Of a DNA stretch of 64,000 bases, positions 24,767 to 38,087 are shown piece after piece. This DNA is from Azolla caroliniana. Taxonomy: Eukaryota; Plantae; Polypodiophyta. The position numbers and the translations under genes were made by a program. Positions within the stretch are counted from its first letter, which is position 1; each line of letters begins with the position of its first letter. The DNA is taken from contig JBHGNT010000008.1 of the NCBI GenBank assembly GCA_043228905.1, forward strand, positions 9,858,001 through 9,922,000. Reading direction: 5' to 3'. Below the pieces are notes generated by a model. It worked only from the letters and a program-made list of their open reading frames with translations, ran no database searches and was not told the DNA's origin.

Positions 24767-27015
24767 TGTTGGGAAAACAGGTCCCTCCGGATGGGAAGAA
24801 GAGAACGAACCGAATCGAGGACACATGGGTAATTCGGCTGAGGCCGAGATCGAAATCGAAAATCGATTTAATAGCCGATTCGGAAGATTATATTTGTAAA
24901 TTGTCCAAATGTGCCTCTTGTGGTCTATACTTGTAAATAGCCAGAAAGTTGTTTTAGTATATAAAAATTAGGGCAAACTTTAAGAAGTAGTTGATCTGTT
25001 ATAGTGATCTGTTTGGAGTTAGTGGACTCCACATGGTTTTTTCCCGATTCGGGTTTTCCACAATAAATATCTGTGTCTTATTTTTGAGTTTCTCGTTTCC
25101 TATTCTTTTTTGTTTGAGAATTACCTTGCTCATTTTCTTTGCACCTGAATACATATTTGTGAGCATAACCGGTTGTGGCCGGTCACGATCTTAACAAAGT
25201 GATATCAGAGCGATGGAAGACTCATTCGGCGGCATGTTCAAACTTACTAGCCCCAACTATTTAGTGTGGAAGTCGAAGATGCGAGACATGCTCGTGTACA
25301 AAGACCTTTGGCTGTTGGTGCAATTCGGAGATAAAAGGCAAGACAAGATCAATATAGCAACTTGGGAAGTGTTGCATTTGAAGGCGGCCGCATATATAAG
25401 GTGTTTTATAGACATGAGTTTGTAGAACAACTTTGGTCAAGAAACAGAAGTGGATGTCTTGTGGAAGAAGATCAATGTCATGTTCAAAAATAAAAACGTC
25501 GTGAACACAGTCTCCGTCTTTAGAAAAATCGTGAGACTCCAGTATCAAGACAACTCCAGCATGGCAGAGCACATTAATGCCTTCGAAGGACTGATGAACC
25601 AAACCCCCTCTCTAGAAGTACCTCTTGCCAACGAGGTATTAGCTCTATTGTGGTTGGGATCCCTTCTGGACAACTGGGAAATGTTGGTTGTCACATTAGG
25701 CAACGTGGGACTGGAAGGGAAACATTTATCCTTAGAGCAGGTGAAATCGAGCTTATTGAATGAAGAAGCTCACCGGAAGGACCGAGAGTGCAATACCGTC
25801 CCGAAGGCCCTTGTCACTGAAAGTGACATGAATCGAGGAAGACGCCGAAATTGAAGTCCCCAAAATTGAGATAAGTCGGGCACGACGTTGAAGTCAAGGG
25901 GAAGGTCCATGTGCTTCCATTGTGGGAAGTTGGGGCACTTCCAAAAGAGTTGCTAACACTTTCGAAAGGAGAAAGGGGGAGTTAATGGTGTAGAGCCGAA
26001 GAAAATCCCGGATAGAAAGAATACCTCAGCAATCACCGCAAGTGAAGAGGAGTTGTTATTCATTAGTGAACAAAATGAAGTCAACCTCGCCAACGAAGAA
26101 TCAACATGGGTGGTCAATTCGGGTGCGTCGTTTCACCTAACCCCCGATCGAAAGTGCTTCTTATCATACAAGGACAGAGACCACGGTCTTGTAAAAATGG
26201 GAAATGAAGGAGCATGCCGAATTGTCGGCATTGGAGATGTGTGTCTAGTAACATCGACTAGTGTTGAGAGATGTTAGACATGTTCCGGAAGTCAGACTGA
26301 ATCTGATATTAGCCGGTCTGTTGGGTGACGATGACTACACGGGTAGCATCCGAAATGGTGTTATGAAGTTCTACAAGGGGAGTCTGATCGTGGCTTGGGC
26401 CCGGAAAACCAGCACATTGTACATAATGAATGCTCGGTTATGCCGCGGGGAAGTGAACGTGGCAGCCGACATAGCCGATGAGCTATGGCACAAGAGGCTA
26501 TGCCACATGAGCCAAAAGGGAATGCAAATGCTAGCCGAAAAGGAACTCCTACCAGAGGTGAAGAAAGTGCATCTGGATAAATGTGTTGATTTCTTGGTTG
26601 GCAAACAAAAACAGAGCCTTCTTCCGATCGAGGCCCCCAATGAGAAAGAAAATGCCGCTCGAACTCATGCATACCGCCGTATACTGTGTGGACACAAAGT
26701 CTCATGGTGGTTCATAGTATTTCATGACCTTCATAGATGAATGTCGCCGGAAGTTGTGGGCTTCTGTGCTGAAGATGAAGGAGCAGGTGCTATCCTTCTC
26801 CAAGCGAGGGTCGAGAGGGAAACCGGCCGAAAACTGAAGCCAATCAGAGCGGACAATGGCGGAGAGTACTGCGGACCGTTCGAAGAATATTGCCAAGCAC
26901 AGGGAATCCGACTCGAGTACTATGCTGAAGACGCTAGAGCTTAATGGGATGGCCGAGAGAATGAACCGGACCGTAATGGATAGGGTCTGAAGTATGCTTG
27001 CACATGCAAAGTTAT
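24767..27015 (+). mobile_element. Degenerate copia G, 5' part: LTR 24767-25196, PBS 25200-25211, gag-PR-INT 25213-27015
   Basis: Gag MEDSFGGMFKLT resembles element B. Stops at AHAKL and resumes as PKTFW after 47946. Confidence 0.9.
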
Positions 27016-27850
27016 TGTTACCCATAGGAGTTATACGGGGGGGTATAAGGGTAAAACACGGTAAAGGGGTTGTTCGGTATGTGTAATATATATGAGTGTG
27101 AGGATGAGTATGTGTGAGCACATGCACAATTATGTGCATGTGACAAGAATGTAACGGTCTCTTTTTGTAACGGACATATTATTTACCGTTACATTATGTA
27201 TTCTATAAACCCCTTATGGGGCATGTAATGAGATATAGTTTTTTCCCCTCTCATTTGGTGTCATTTTCTATTTGTCTTTCTCTCTCGCTCTTTCTCTAAC
27301 GTAACCCAATTGGGAGGGGGGTGAAGCCCGTCTGGGCTTCAACGGGCTTTACCCCCCACCCCAACGACACTTTTGGCACACTTGAAAGGCCAACCCTCTC
27401 TTGAGAGGAAGTGTATCGCTCACTCTCCCTTTCCCTCACTAATCTGTCTTTGCTCTCTCTCTCTCTCTCTCTCTCTCTGCTTGTTAGTATTTGTGTTAGA
27501 GAGTGTGATTTGTGCATGAACTATCTGTGTGAGAGCTCATGTGCGATGAAGATCTCAACACTATCTCCCTTGAGAAGAATTTATGTGTATACACGCAGAC
27601 ACAACCACATGATGACATAGAATCGACAACAGGAGGGGGAGGATAGTGATGGTGACCTCGCATATGCTTGTGATGTCTGAGTATCTTCCCATCCCTACCG
27701 GCGTATCTCAATCTTTGTGTTTGATTCTATCCATCCATCCATTTGTTGATCTATATAACTTCTTATCCATCTCTCTATCTCTTTGTCTGCCTTCTTGGAG
27801 CTCACCACTGTCTGCTTGCCCACAAAGCTTCCTCCTCACCATAATCCTCC

Positions 27851-28690
27851 ATGGGAGCTTCCAACAGTAACGAAAGAACCTTATCCATATCGGGCAATGA
27901 AGATGACTCATCTTCCAATCCCCCTACCCTCACCAAACTCTCTGAAACCTCACCCTCCTCCACTGCTTTTTATTCCCCCTCCGCTGCACAGAATGCTTCA
28001 CCATCGCCATCGCTCATGGCTGATTTAAGCCTCAACTCTCTCACACTCCTGTTGTCACTATAGGTGCCGCCAAGATTTATCGCCATGTTGGTGGTAACAC
28101 TCCCAAAGCACAATGGATCATCTCAAAAAAGCTCGTCGCAAGGCAAACGAGTCTGGTTGGGAAGATGCAGAAGATGGGGTATTTGAGAAAGACCCGGGAA
28201 GAAGGATCTGAAATGAGTCACGGTTGGGTGGTTTTCAAAGTTTTGTGATGGGAGCCTTAGACCATAGTTTCTTGGTGAGTAATAATGGTATTGAAGGAGT
28301 AAAAACTATGGCATCATGAGTATGTGGCAAAAGAACGATTGTGAGGTATGAGAAGAGAATGTCAGGGATTGATTCAAATTCAACTCCAAAGAAAGCGATG
28401 CTTATAACGGGAGAGATGAATATGATGTTGTTAACCCCTACAGCAGATAAGTTGCATTCCCCTTAACCTTCCCACAGGCAAAGTTGTGGCAGAGTGGAAA
28501 TAGGATGGCACTCCATCATGACGCTTGACAAGACCAACGAGAGGAAAGGTTCACAGCTCGACGTGTCTGGTTCTATTTTCTTGGGCCTTTATGACAACAA
28601 GTTGTGCCAATGGGATATGAGAGATCGGCATGGTGATGGATTTGTTGCTCTTGGTTCCAAAGATGGGAAAGTTCGCTTGCATGAGGATAG
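27851..28690 (+). pseudogene. Captured, decayed copy of a DEM/CYPRO4 (VID27-family) host gene
   Basis: Colinear motifs MGASNS, KIYRHVGGNTPKAQWI, GALDHSFLV, STPKKAML, TGKVVAEWK, FLGLYDNKLCQWDMRDR and GSKDGKVRL. Recognised from recalled plant DEM/VID27 sequences. Confidence 0.8.
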
Positions 28691-30358
28691 AGAAATATTG
28701 GGCGGCCAGACAGAAACGACCGATGAACGACGAAGAAGCCGGCAGACAAGGCCGATGGATGTGATGGCCTTGAAAAGAACCTGAGATTCGGCCGAGAACC
28801 CAAGATGCATGGCCAAGAGCACAGCCGATAGTACAGCCGAGACGTGCGGCCCATATTACGGCCGAGAAGTGTAGCTGAGTGTACGGCTGAGACACGTGGC
28901 CTAGAGCACGGCCGAGACGCGAGAATATGGCCGAGACGCACGGCCGAGAGTACAGTCGAGACGCGTGGCTTAGTGTACGGCCGAGACATGCGACTGAGAG
29001 TACAGCCAAGTGATGGCCGAGAGAAGGTTGGGTCGAGAAACGGCTAAGAGATCAACGTCAGCCAAGAGCCTACCGAGATATGGCGACAACCGACGGTGGC
29101 GAACAAACAGGGAGCAGGCTGAAGGAGATAAAGAAACAGCCAAGCCACAGACATTCAGAGGATAGCCGACGGACAGCGACGGCTGGACAGACGGTCCGGC
29201 AGTTGGCTAGCCAAACGGCCGAGAAATTGAGGCCGAAAGACGGCCCCGAATAGAATAGAACCGGTGGGTGCATAAGCACGGCCGAACCGGCTGAGAGATG
29301 ACCGACGTCCGACAGAGGGCCGGAAAGACAGGGCAGGCCGAACAGAGACATCCGACAGACAGCGGATGGAGCCAACCGGCCAATGGAGACAGTTACGGAC
29401 AAAGCCGGTCGCTGGACGCCGGACAGGGCGACCGACGGACAGCTAGCTAGACTGCCGACAGACGGCTAGAAGGTGGCCGGATGGCGAGTGGAAACGACGG
29501 CTGGACAGAATGACAGATGGAGCGAAGGTCGCCAGGAGAAAGACCGACGCAGAGAAGAAAGAGAAGGCATACGCAAGAACAAGAAAGTGAAGACATACGC
29601 AAAGAAGAAAAAGAAGAAAGGAGGGAGACGAGAAAAACAGAGGAAGAAGAAATCAGAAGAACAAGAAGATACAGACACAAAGAGAAAAAGACAAAAAGAC
29701 AAAAAGAAGAAGAAGAGGGGCAGAGAAGAAAATTTGAAGAAATAGAAGGGCATTCCACAAAATTTCAGAAACATAAGGGCAGAGAGTAAAATTTCAATAT
29801 TTCGAGGGCATAGCATCGAATTTCAGAAGCTCCAGTGCAAAAGAGAAAATTTCGAAAACACAAGGGCAGAAAATAAAATTTCAAAACATTTGAGGGTAAA
29901 AATTTTAAAGACCAAGGGTACAAAATACAAAGCTCAATTCACATGACAAAACTGAAAAATACACATAAATGTAATAGAATCATGAAAGGCCTATGCCACA
30001 ATGGAGGAGCCAATTGGTGTGTGATCCAATTGAGTGACATGTTGACCGAACGAGAAGGTTCGAGTCAAGTAATGCTCCGATCGAAGTTATCGATTGTAGA
30101 GCTATGATCCGGTCGATGGATTTCCGACCGTTGAGACGACCGATGGAGTTCCGGTCATTAATAGTTGCAATGGCGAGTGGGTTCACCGTGCGATGCACTG
30201 TCCCACAGGCGTGCCATGTGTTACCCGTAGGAGTTGTACAGGGCAGTATAAGGGTAAACAACGTTAAAGGGGTTGTTCGGTATGTGTAATGTATGTGAGT
30301 GTGAGGATGAGTATGTGTGAGCACATGCACAATTATGTGCATGTGACAAGAATGTAAC

Positions 30359-33300
30359 TGTTACGAGCATGACCATTTAATATCCCGTGGTGAGAATTTA
30401 CCGTAGTATTCTATACACGTGGATAAGTGTGAGGGTTAAACGAGAGTGTAAAGAAGGGGAGGATTACTTTTAATCCTCGGGATTGAGACAACCCATTAGG
30501 TCAAGTGTGAACTTGCCTAGGGGCCTTGGGTATCGCTATAAATAAGAGGCCTAGCTACCCTCATTGGATCATCTTTTGACTACATTGAGACTCTGCTCTT
30601 GTGGTGGGTCAACTCTTGTAGCGAGCGCGCCAGCACCAGGTACGACTCGACGCCACGGTGGTGGTATGGGACGCCGATCGAGGCTCGAGTCCGTCTCGAT
30701 CCCTTCACTCGGGGGTGGTCGGGTGGATCGACACCCTTCTTTCTCTTTCTCCTTTCTATCTATCACTAGTTTATTCTTATCTTAAGCTTACTTTAGTACC
30801 TAGATCTCTAATATTTGGTATCAGATTTATGTACTAATGTTTCTTTGTTTTTCATTTGTCTTTTGATTGATGGTGATCGATCGATGTGTAGTCGACCTTG
30901 ATCCAGACAACGATCAACAAAGAACTTCGGTAACTCTTTCTGTAATTTTTTTTTTTCTATTCTCTCTTCTCCCATCTAATCATGTGTTTAGTTTATATGT
31001 CATTTTTTTTCATTAAGTCAATGATGTTGTAGTGGTCTTTAATTGATTATCTAAAACGTTTACATATGTGCACGAGGTCAATATCTCGTTTGACATATTA
31101 ATAATATGTGATGAGTGTCGTATACGTACGAGGTTAATACCTCAATTACGTATTACGTTCACGACCATATGTTACGTTTGTGTATGAGTTTAATACCTTG
31201 ATTTGTTGTAAACGATGTGTGGTTGGTCTCGTATGCGTAAGAGGTCAATACCTCAATTGCGTATTACGATGATCTCTTATTTGTGGATGTTTCGTGTGCG
31301 TAGAGGTATATACCTCTATTACGTATCTCGATCACATCATTTGTGGCTATTTAATATAACGATATGTTAATATATGCATATGTGGTCACGTATATACGTA
31401 TTTGATCGTATATATGTGATTAGTAAACATATGTGTATATTCGTTATTACGTGATTATATCGAAAGTTGTCCTTGTCGGGAAAAGGATGTTGGTGGCCGT
31501 CCTCACATTTTTGTGAGAATGGCGTTGTCACCATCCCTTTTTCAACAATTTTTTATTGTTGACAACCCCGTTGATGACCTCGATTTCGTTACGTAAAGAA
31601 ACGCCTATAGCCATAATGATGTTGAGTACGTAGGGCTTGACCCACTTCAAGTGAGGTCGCTCCAATGACACTCGTATCCAACATCCCTCCCTCGTTACAT
31701 GGATACGATGCCACCATGAGCTCGTTCTTACGAGAGGCATTCATAATGACGTGACCATGTGATGGGCCACGTGGGCCTACTACGAAACGAGGGCTCATTT
31801 GGCTTGACCATTAGGTTGCACTTTGGCGTATGCCATCGTAATTACGAGACTTGAGGTTAGGTAACGTACCAACATAGTTTGGTAAATGAGGGCGAAATAA
31901 GGACCCTTGACATATATGTTCTTTTAAAAAAAAACATATATGATCAAATGCCTCGCATATCTCTTATACGCATTAAACATTAAGCATTCGAGAAGAGCAA
32001 CTCACTTGGTTGGCTCAAGTGTTTAATGTATTTGTTCTCGAGGTCTCGAGTTCAAATATGACCAAGACCATACAACATCCTTGATACATATGAATATAAC
32101 ACATGTTTAGACTTAAGGTCTAAGTGCACCTCGGGGTCCTCGTAATAGGATTTAAAGAGCCGAAACCACATATGTGGGCACCGAAACATAGTTTATTGTT
32201 AACATTTTTTTCGTGTATAAACTATTCATGACGCGAACATACATGGTTGAGCCTTGGGGAGCCGCCATGAAAAAATCGATATAGAGATCAGGGAAAGACA
32301 TTAAATTGTCACCCCCATGGTTTTTAAAACACCTTTGTGTTACCATAGTAACCTGATCTTCAACCTCATCTCATACGTCTAGAGGGGTATTGACGTGAGA
32401 TAATGATATCGATTAATGCTCGCCCATGATATGTTTATATCACGACATGATGTTATGACTATATCTCTGACCTTATCCTATTTCTTTTCTAGAAATAATC
32501 TTTAATGGCTCAAATTAACGACCCATGTCATCCACTCAAGCGGAAGGAACTCAAGGGAATCCTCCTAGACAAATGTCCACTGAGATGTATTTGGCACAAA
32601 TAACCCAATACCTTAATTTCACTGCTCAACAGATGACCGAACTTCGGCAATCTCAAAGTGCTCTCAAGGCACGTGTCATTAGTCTACAACATGAGACTAA
32701 TAGACCTGATGAGTGACAAGGTGAACCATCATTTGTCGTTAAGCCATTTACGAGAGACAAAAAGGAAAGAACCGAAGAAGCAATTTGCACATGGCTGGGA
32801 CGATGGGAGTCTCATTTTGAGCTCTATCCCACGCCAGATAGTATGAAGATTGCATATGTCGGCCGAGAACTCGGGGGTAAGGCCGCCACTTGGTGGCGTG
32901 GGCTCCGTACTATGGGGAAATTGCCCGATACCTGGACAGATTTTGTCACGGTTTTTAAGGGCCAATTTCTGCAACCTCCCTCTCGAACCGAGGCAGCACA
33001 AGCTTTAATGAACCTCTCTAGCAGGAAATTTTCCTCGCTAGAAGACTATGTTCACCATGCTAGAACCCAAATCCAAAAATCGGGTCTAAAAGGGGACAAC
33101 ACGTTGATAGCTTGTTTTGTCAATGGCATCCCCAATTCGGACTATCACTGGATAGTGCACGATAAGGATCCAAAATCCTTCGAAGAGGCCGTTGAAATAG
33201 TTCTTCGCTATCAACGCACTTCGAAGGACCACAACAAACCCAACGAAGCGCCCGGGACTAAGTAGTCGCAATTTGTTGGGAAACGCAAGACGCCCAACGA

Positions 33301-36300
33301 ATTCCTGGATCGCGACTGTAAGCGACAACATCCTTTTTGCGTATTCTGCAAAAAGAAGCGTCATACAAAATATCAATGTCGAAAGCTCCAACGAAAAGAG
33401 CACGAAAACAAAGCTAAAGTTGCATACCATAAAGGTCAGATTCCTAATGTCCTTCAGGTCTATAAACATCATTTAAGTAATTGTCAATGTTCTTTCCCTC
33501 ACTATGTATTGGGTCCCAATGATTTACTACGTGCAAACGGGTATATCAATGGATCTCCCGTACAATTTTTATTTGATTCGGGAAGCTCACACAATGTTGT
33601 GAATGATCGTTTGGTTCAGATATGGGGAATCCAATCCACCGTAAGTGATCACACTTACACGGTGCACTTGGCTGATGGAAGAGTACAATACATCAACGGG
33701 GCGATTCATTCATTAGGAATTTCTATTGATACTTATATAGAGGAAGTAGACTTCCATGTAATGAATCTTTGTACCACCGATGTAATACTGGGTTATCCCT
33801 GGTTTTATAATAAAAACTCTTCTTTATTTATTGATTGGGTTCGTCATTCCATTTCTTTTGTACTGAACGATTGTACGCATTTTATTCAATGTATCAAAAA
33901 ACAATCCCTCTCGATTGTTTCCGTGTGTCCATCAATATCCGAGTTGTCTTGTTCTACGTTATTTTATTGTGTACTTGATCCGAACATTCACGTTTACAAT
34001 ATCGATAATGTTCTGGTTCAATTAACATATTTTGAACAACAACAACTTGATGAAATCTTAAATGATTTTCGTGATGTTTTTCCGAGTGAACTACCAGATG
34101 GCTTACCTCCTAAACGTAATATAGACCATCGTATAGATATTGTACCTGGTGTTGCACCAATAACTATACCTCCTTATCGCTTAAGTCGATCCGAAGAGGA
34201 TGAGGTATCTAAGCAACTCAAGGACTATTTACGAATGGGTTATATACGTTATAGTAAATCTCCATGGGGTGCACCAGTTCTCTTGGTAAACAAGAAAGAG
34301 GGCACATGGCGTATGTGTATTAATTACCGACGCTTGAATAAAGTGACGATCAAGAATTCGTACCCATTGCCCCGGGCTGACGATCTAATTGACCGTCTCC
34401 AGGGAGCTCGGTATTTTACGAAACTTGATCTCCGTACTGTCTACCATCAAATACGAATAAGTGAGGACGATGTTCCTAAAACGGCATTTCGTACGCGTTA
34501 TGGCCATTACGAGTTTTTGGTTATGCCTTTTGGTTTGACCAATGCTCCGGCTACATTTCAACAAGAAATGAATGACATTTTCCGAGAACAACTTGGAAAA
34601 TTTGTCGTTATTTTCTTGGATGATATTTTAGTTTATAGCCGTACATTACAAGAACATGCTAGACATGTCCGCTTTGTTTTACAAACATTGCGTGAAAAAC
34701 AGTTTTATGCGAAGATCTCAAAATGTGAGTTCTTCAAGAAATCAATTACTTATCTTGGACATCTCATAACCGAACGAGGAGTTGAAATTGATCCTTCTCG
34801 CATTGAGAAAATCAAGCTTTGGCCCACTCTTCGGAATATTCGAGAAGTTTGATCATTCCTTGGTTTTGTCGGGTTTTTGCGAAAGTCTCTTCGTAATTAC
34901 TCCCAATTGACGACGCCGTTTACTGATCTTTTAAAAGGTCAAACGCGTAAGTCTACAAAACCTATTGTGTGGAATGCTACACTAGACAGTTATTTTGCAA
35001 AATACTGGGCAAGAGTTGAGTCTGGAACAGACACCACCACATCCTCGAAGGAATACTTCCACATTGCTAATGGTTTGCTCTACCGTAATGGGAAGGTTTG
35101 TGTTCCAGATTTACCCGAGGTCAAAAAGAGGATTCTTTTTGAATGCCATGATGCACCCTCAGCAGGGCACCCTAGAATACATCGTACACTCGTTCTCATC
35201 TCCACTCAATTTTATTAGCCTAAGATGTGTCTTGACATACATAGCTATGTGACTAAATATCATCAGTGTCAGCTTAACAAAGCCGAGCGATTTAAAGCCG
35301 CAGGACTTTTACATCCCTTGGACATTCCCAATAATAAGTGGGAAAGCATATCCATGGATTTTATTGTTAGCCTTCCTCGCACCCAAAAAGGCCATGATGC
35401 CATCTGGGTTGTCGTTGATCGACTAACTAAAATGGCCAGATTTATTGCTACTAAAACCACGATAACAGCTCCTGAATTGGCTTACCAATTCGTTGACGAA
35501 TTATTTCATTTTTATGGGTTACCGATGGATATCGTGAGTGATCGAGATCCAAAGTTTACTAGTGACTTCTGGACGCAAGTCTTTAAGAAGTTAGAAACTA
35601 CGTTGAGCATGAGCTCCACGGATCATCCTCAATCTGATGGACAGACAGAACGAGTAAATCAAATTATTGAGGACATGCTTCGAGCATACGTTGGTGCAAA
35701 ACCAACAAAATGGGAACGTTATTTCCCAATTTTGGAGTTTGCTTATAACAGCTCCAAGCATACGTCGACGGGATATAGTCCTTTTATGTTGATGTATGGT
35801 TTTCAGCCACGAGCCTCGATTGATGTTAATATACATCATGATGAGTTGCAAAGTACGCAAAACTTTCTTCGGGATATGCAAGATATGTTGCATATTGCAC
35901 GAGATAATATAAAAACAGCTCAAGATAGAGCGCGTTTTTATGCCGACCATCATATGCAACCTCGTGTATTCAACCCTGGACAGAAGATATTTTTACGTGT
36001 GCCTCACAATTCTAAGACATTGTCTACGGGTAAGTGCGCTAAGTTAGCCCCACGGTTTTGTGGACCTTTTACAGTCCTCAAACGCATTGGGTCATTAGCC
36101 TATCGTCTTGCTCTTCCCGATGGTGTTGGAAATCATCCAGTCTTGCATGTGAGTCGTCTAAAAGAACTTCAAGGTTCTGGCGACAATACAGTTACAACTG
36201 AAACTCTGGTTACTTCTGAAGAATTATCTTCTAAACCACATGTACCAGAAAGTATTCTCGATGTTAAAACAAAAAAATTACGTACTAAAGAAATCCGAGA

Positions 36301-36877
36301 ATTTAAAATAAAATGGATGGATAAATCAATAAAAGATGCCACATTGGAACGCGAAAATACTCTCAGAACTAATTTCCCTAACTTTCCATTGCAAGAGTGC
36401 AATGTTTTAAAGAGGGGGAGTATGTTACGGGCATGACCATTTAATATCCCGTGGTGAGAATTTACCGTAGTATTCTATACACGTGGATAAGTGTGAGGGT
36501 TAAACGAGAGTGTAAAGAAGGGGAGGATTACTTTTAATCCTCAGGATTGAGACAACCCATTAGGTCAAGTGTGAACTTGCCTAGGGGCCTTGGGTATCGC
36601 TATAAATAAGAGGCCTAGCTACCCTCATTTGATCATCTTTTGACTACATTGAGACTCTGCTCTTGTGGTGGGTCAACTCTTGTAGCGAGCGCGCCAGCAC
36701 TAGGTACGACTCGACGCCACGGTGGTGGTATGGGACGCCGATCGAGGATCGAGTCCGTCTCGATCCCTTCACTCGGGGGTGGTCGGGTGGATCGGCACCC
36801 TTCCTTCTCTTTCTCCTTTCTATCTATCACTAGTTTATCCTTATCTTAAGCTTACTTTAGTACCTAGATCTCTAATA
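30359..36877 (+). mobile_element. Ty3/gypsy chromovirus with both LTRs
   Basis: 455-bp LTRs at 30359-30813 and 36423-36877. PBS tggtatcaga at 30816-30825. PPT at 36410-36420. TSD gtaac at 30354-30358 and 36878-36882. Confidence 0.96.
32525..36436 (+). pseudogene. Chromovirus gag-PR-RT-INT-chromodomain, with stops; RNase H missing
   Basis: LGGKAATWW, a CCHC knuckle near 33336-33380, FDSGSS, FLDDIL, SMDFI, QSDGQTER, CGPF (GPY/F motif) and a C-terminal chromodomain PESIL...FKIKW. Confidence 0.93.
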
Positions 36878-37257
36878 GTAACGGTCTCTTTTTGTAACGG
36901 ACATATTATTTACCGTTACATTATGTATTATATAAACCCCTTATGGGGCATGTAATGAGATATAGTTTTTTCCCCTCTCATTTGGTGTCATTTTCTATTT
37001 GTCTTTCTCTCTCGTTCTCTCTCTAACGTAACCCAATTGGGAGAATGGTTTCACCCCCCACCCCAACAATAGTTGTCGAATACAAGTGTATAATGGACGT
37101 ATTCACACTATCTCTTTGTATAGATCAAGTTTGGGCCATTTGTGTAATTAGCATAAATGGTAGTTGCCCTAAGTCGGTCACTATATAAAGTGACCTTGTA
37201 ACCTTTTTGTAAGGTTGGTTGTATTATTCTTTTCTATTGAATAAAGAGTCTTTTGTG

Positions 37258-37291
<34 letters not shown>

Positions 37292-38087
37292 CATCTCTGT
37301 GCACGACCTTAGAAACTGTCATACGCAGGTATTCAACCCTAATCGAATGTTGCTTGATCTTCCGCATCAACACGGCCTTGTCCCCAACATCTGGTATCAG
37401 AGCCTGCACAGTATTCGGTCCTTCAACTCGCTGTCGGCCGTCGTCTCAGCCTGCACAGCATTCGGTTTCCTGCGTCATTCGAAGAAGAGAGAAGAAGAAG
37501 AAAAAACGAGGCTTGCATCTCATCGCGTTAGATCATCTTCACTTGGAGTAAGCCAGCCGGTTGTACTCTGTTCCTTGTGATCGTAACCGCTCGAGGTGAA
37601 ATCCCCTAGTGCAACATTGACACGATCGTGCTCCACTCGGTTAAACGGCATCCGAAGAGGTCATCAAACGCTGCTTGCCGCTCATTGTAACCACTCGGTG
37701 CAGATCGGTCTCAAGACAACAACCCCAATTCGTGCTTCATCCGGCTGATCGACATTCGGGAGGATCAGTTGGATCCGTCTCTCTCGTCGCTGCAGTCACC
37801 CGAAGCAGAATCGGTCCAGACAATCGGTTTCAATAATCGGTATTTGGCATATATATTCGGAAGCGAACCGGGCTCACTCCGACTCGGCAACATTCGGGAA
37901 GACCAGTCGGTTCTGTCCCTCAAGTTACCGGAGTCAATTCGAGCAAGTTCAACAACACATATATCCGAAGCCGAACCGACTCGGGTTCAAATCCGACTAG
38001 AACGATATCGGGTGAGCCAACCGGCTGCACCCCAACAAGGTTCGTAGTCAACTCCGAACCGAGCTTCGTCAACCGAAACCAAATTTG

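Larger units (their letters stand above)
27016..37071 (+). mobile_element. Non-autonomous gypsy-type element D; 5' LTR 27016-27369, 3' LTR 30219-30358 plus 36883-37071
   Basis: The LTR copies match once the nested chromovirus is removed. PBS-like tggcac follows the 5' LTR. The TSD is gttat/gttac, and its right copy is split by element C. Confidence 0.85.

Noticed and set aside
27851-28690. Functional DEM gene
   Set aside because: It has stops, frameshifts and large deletions, and lies inside an LTR element.
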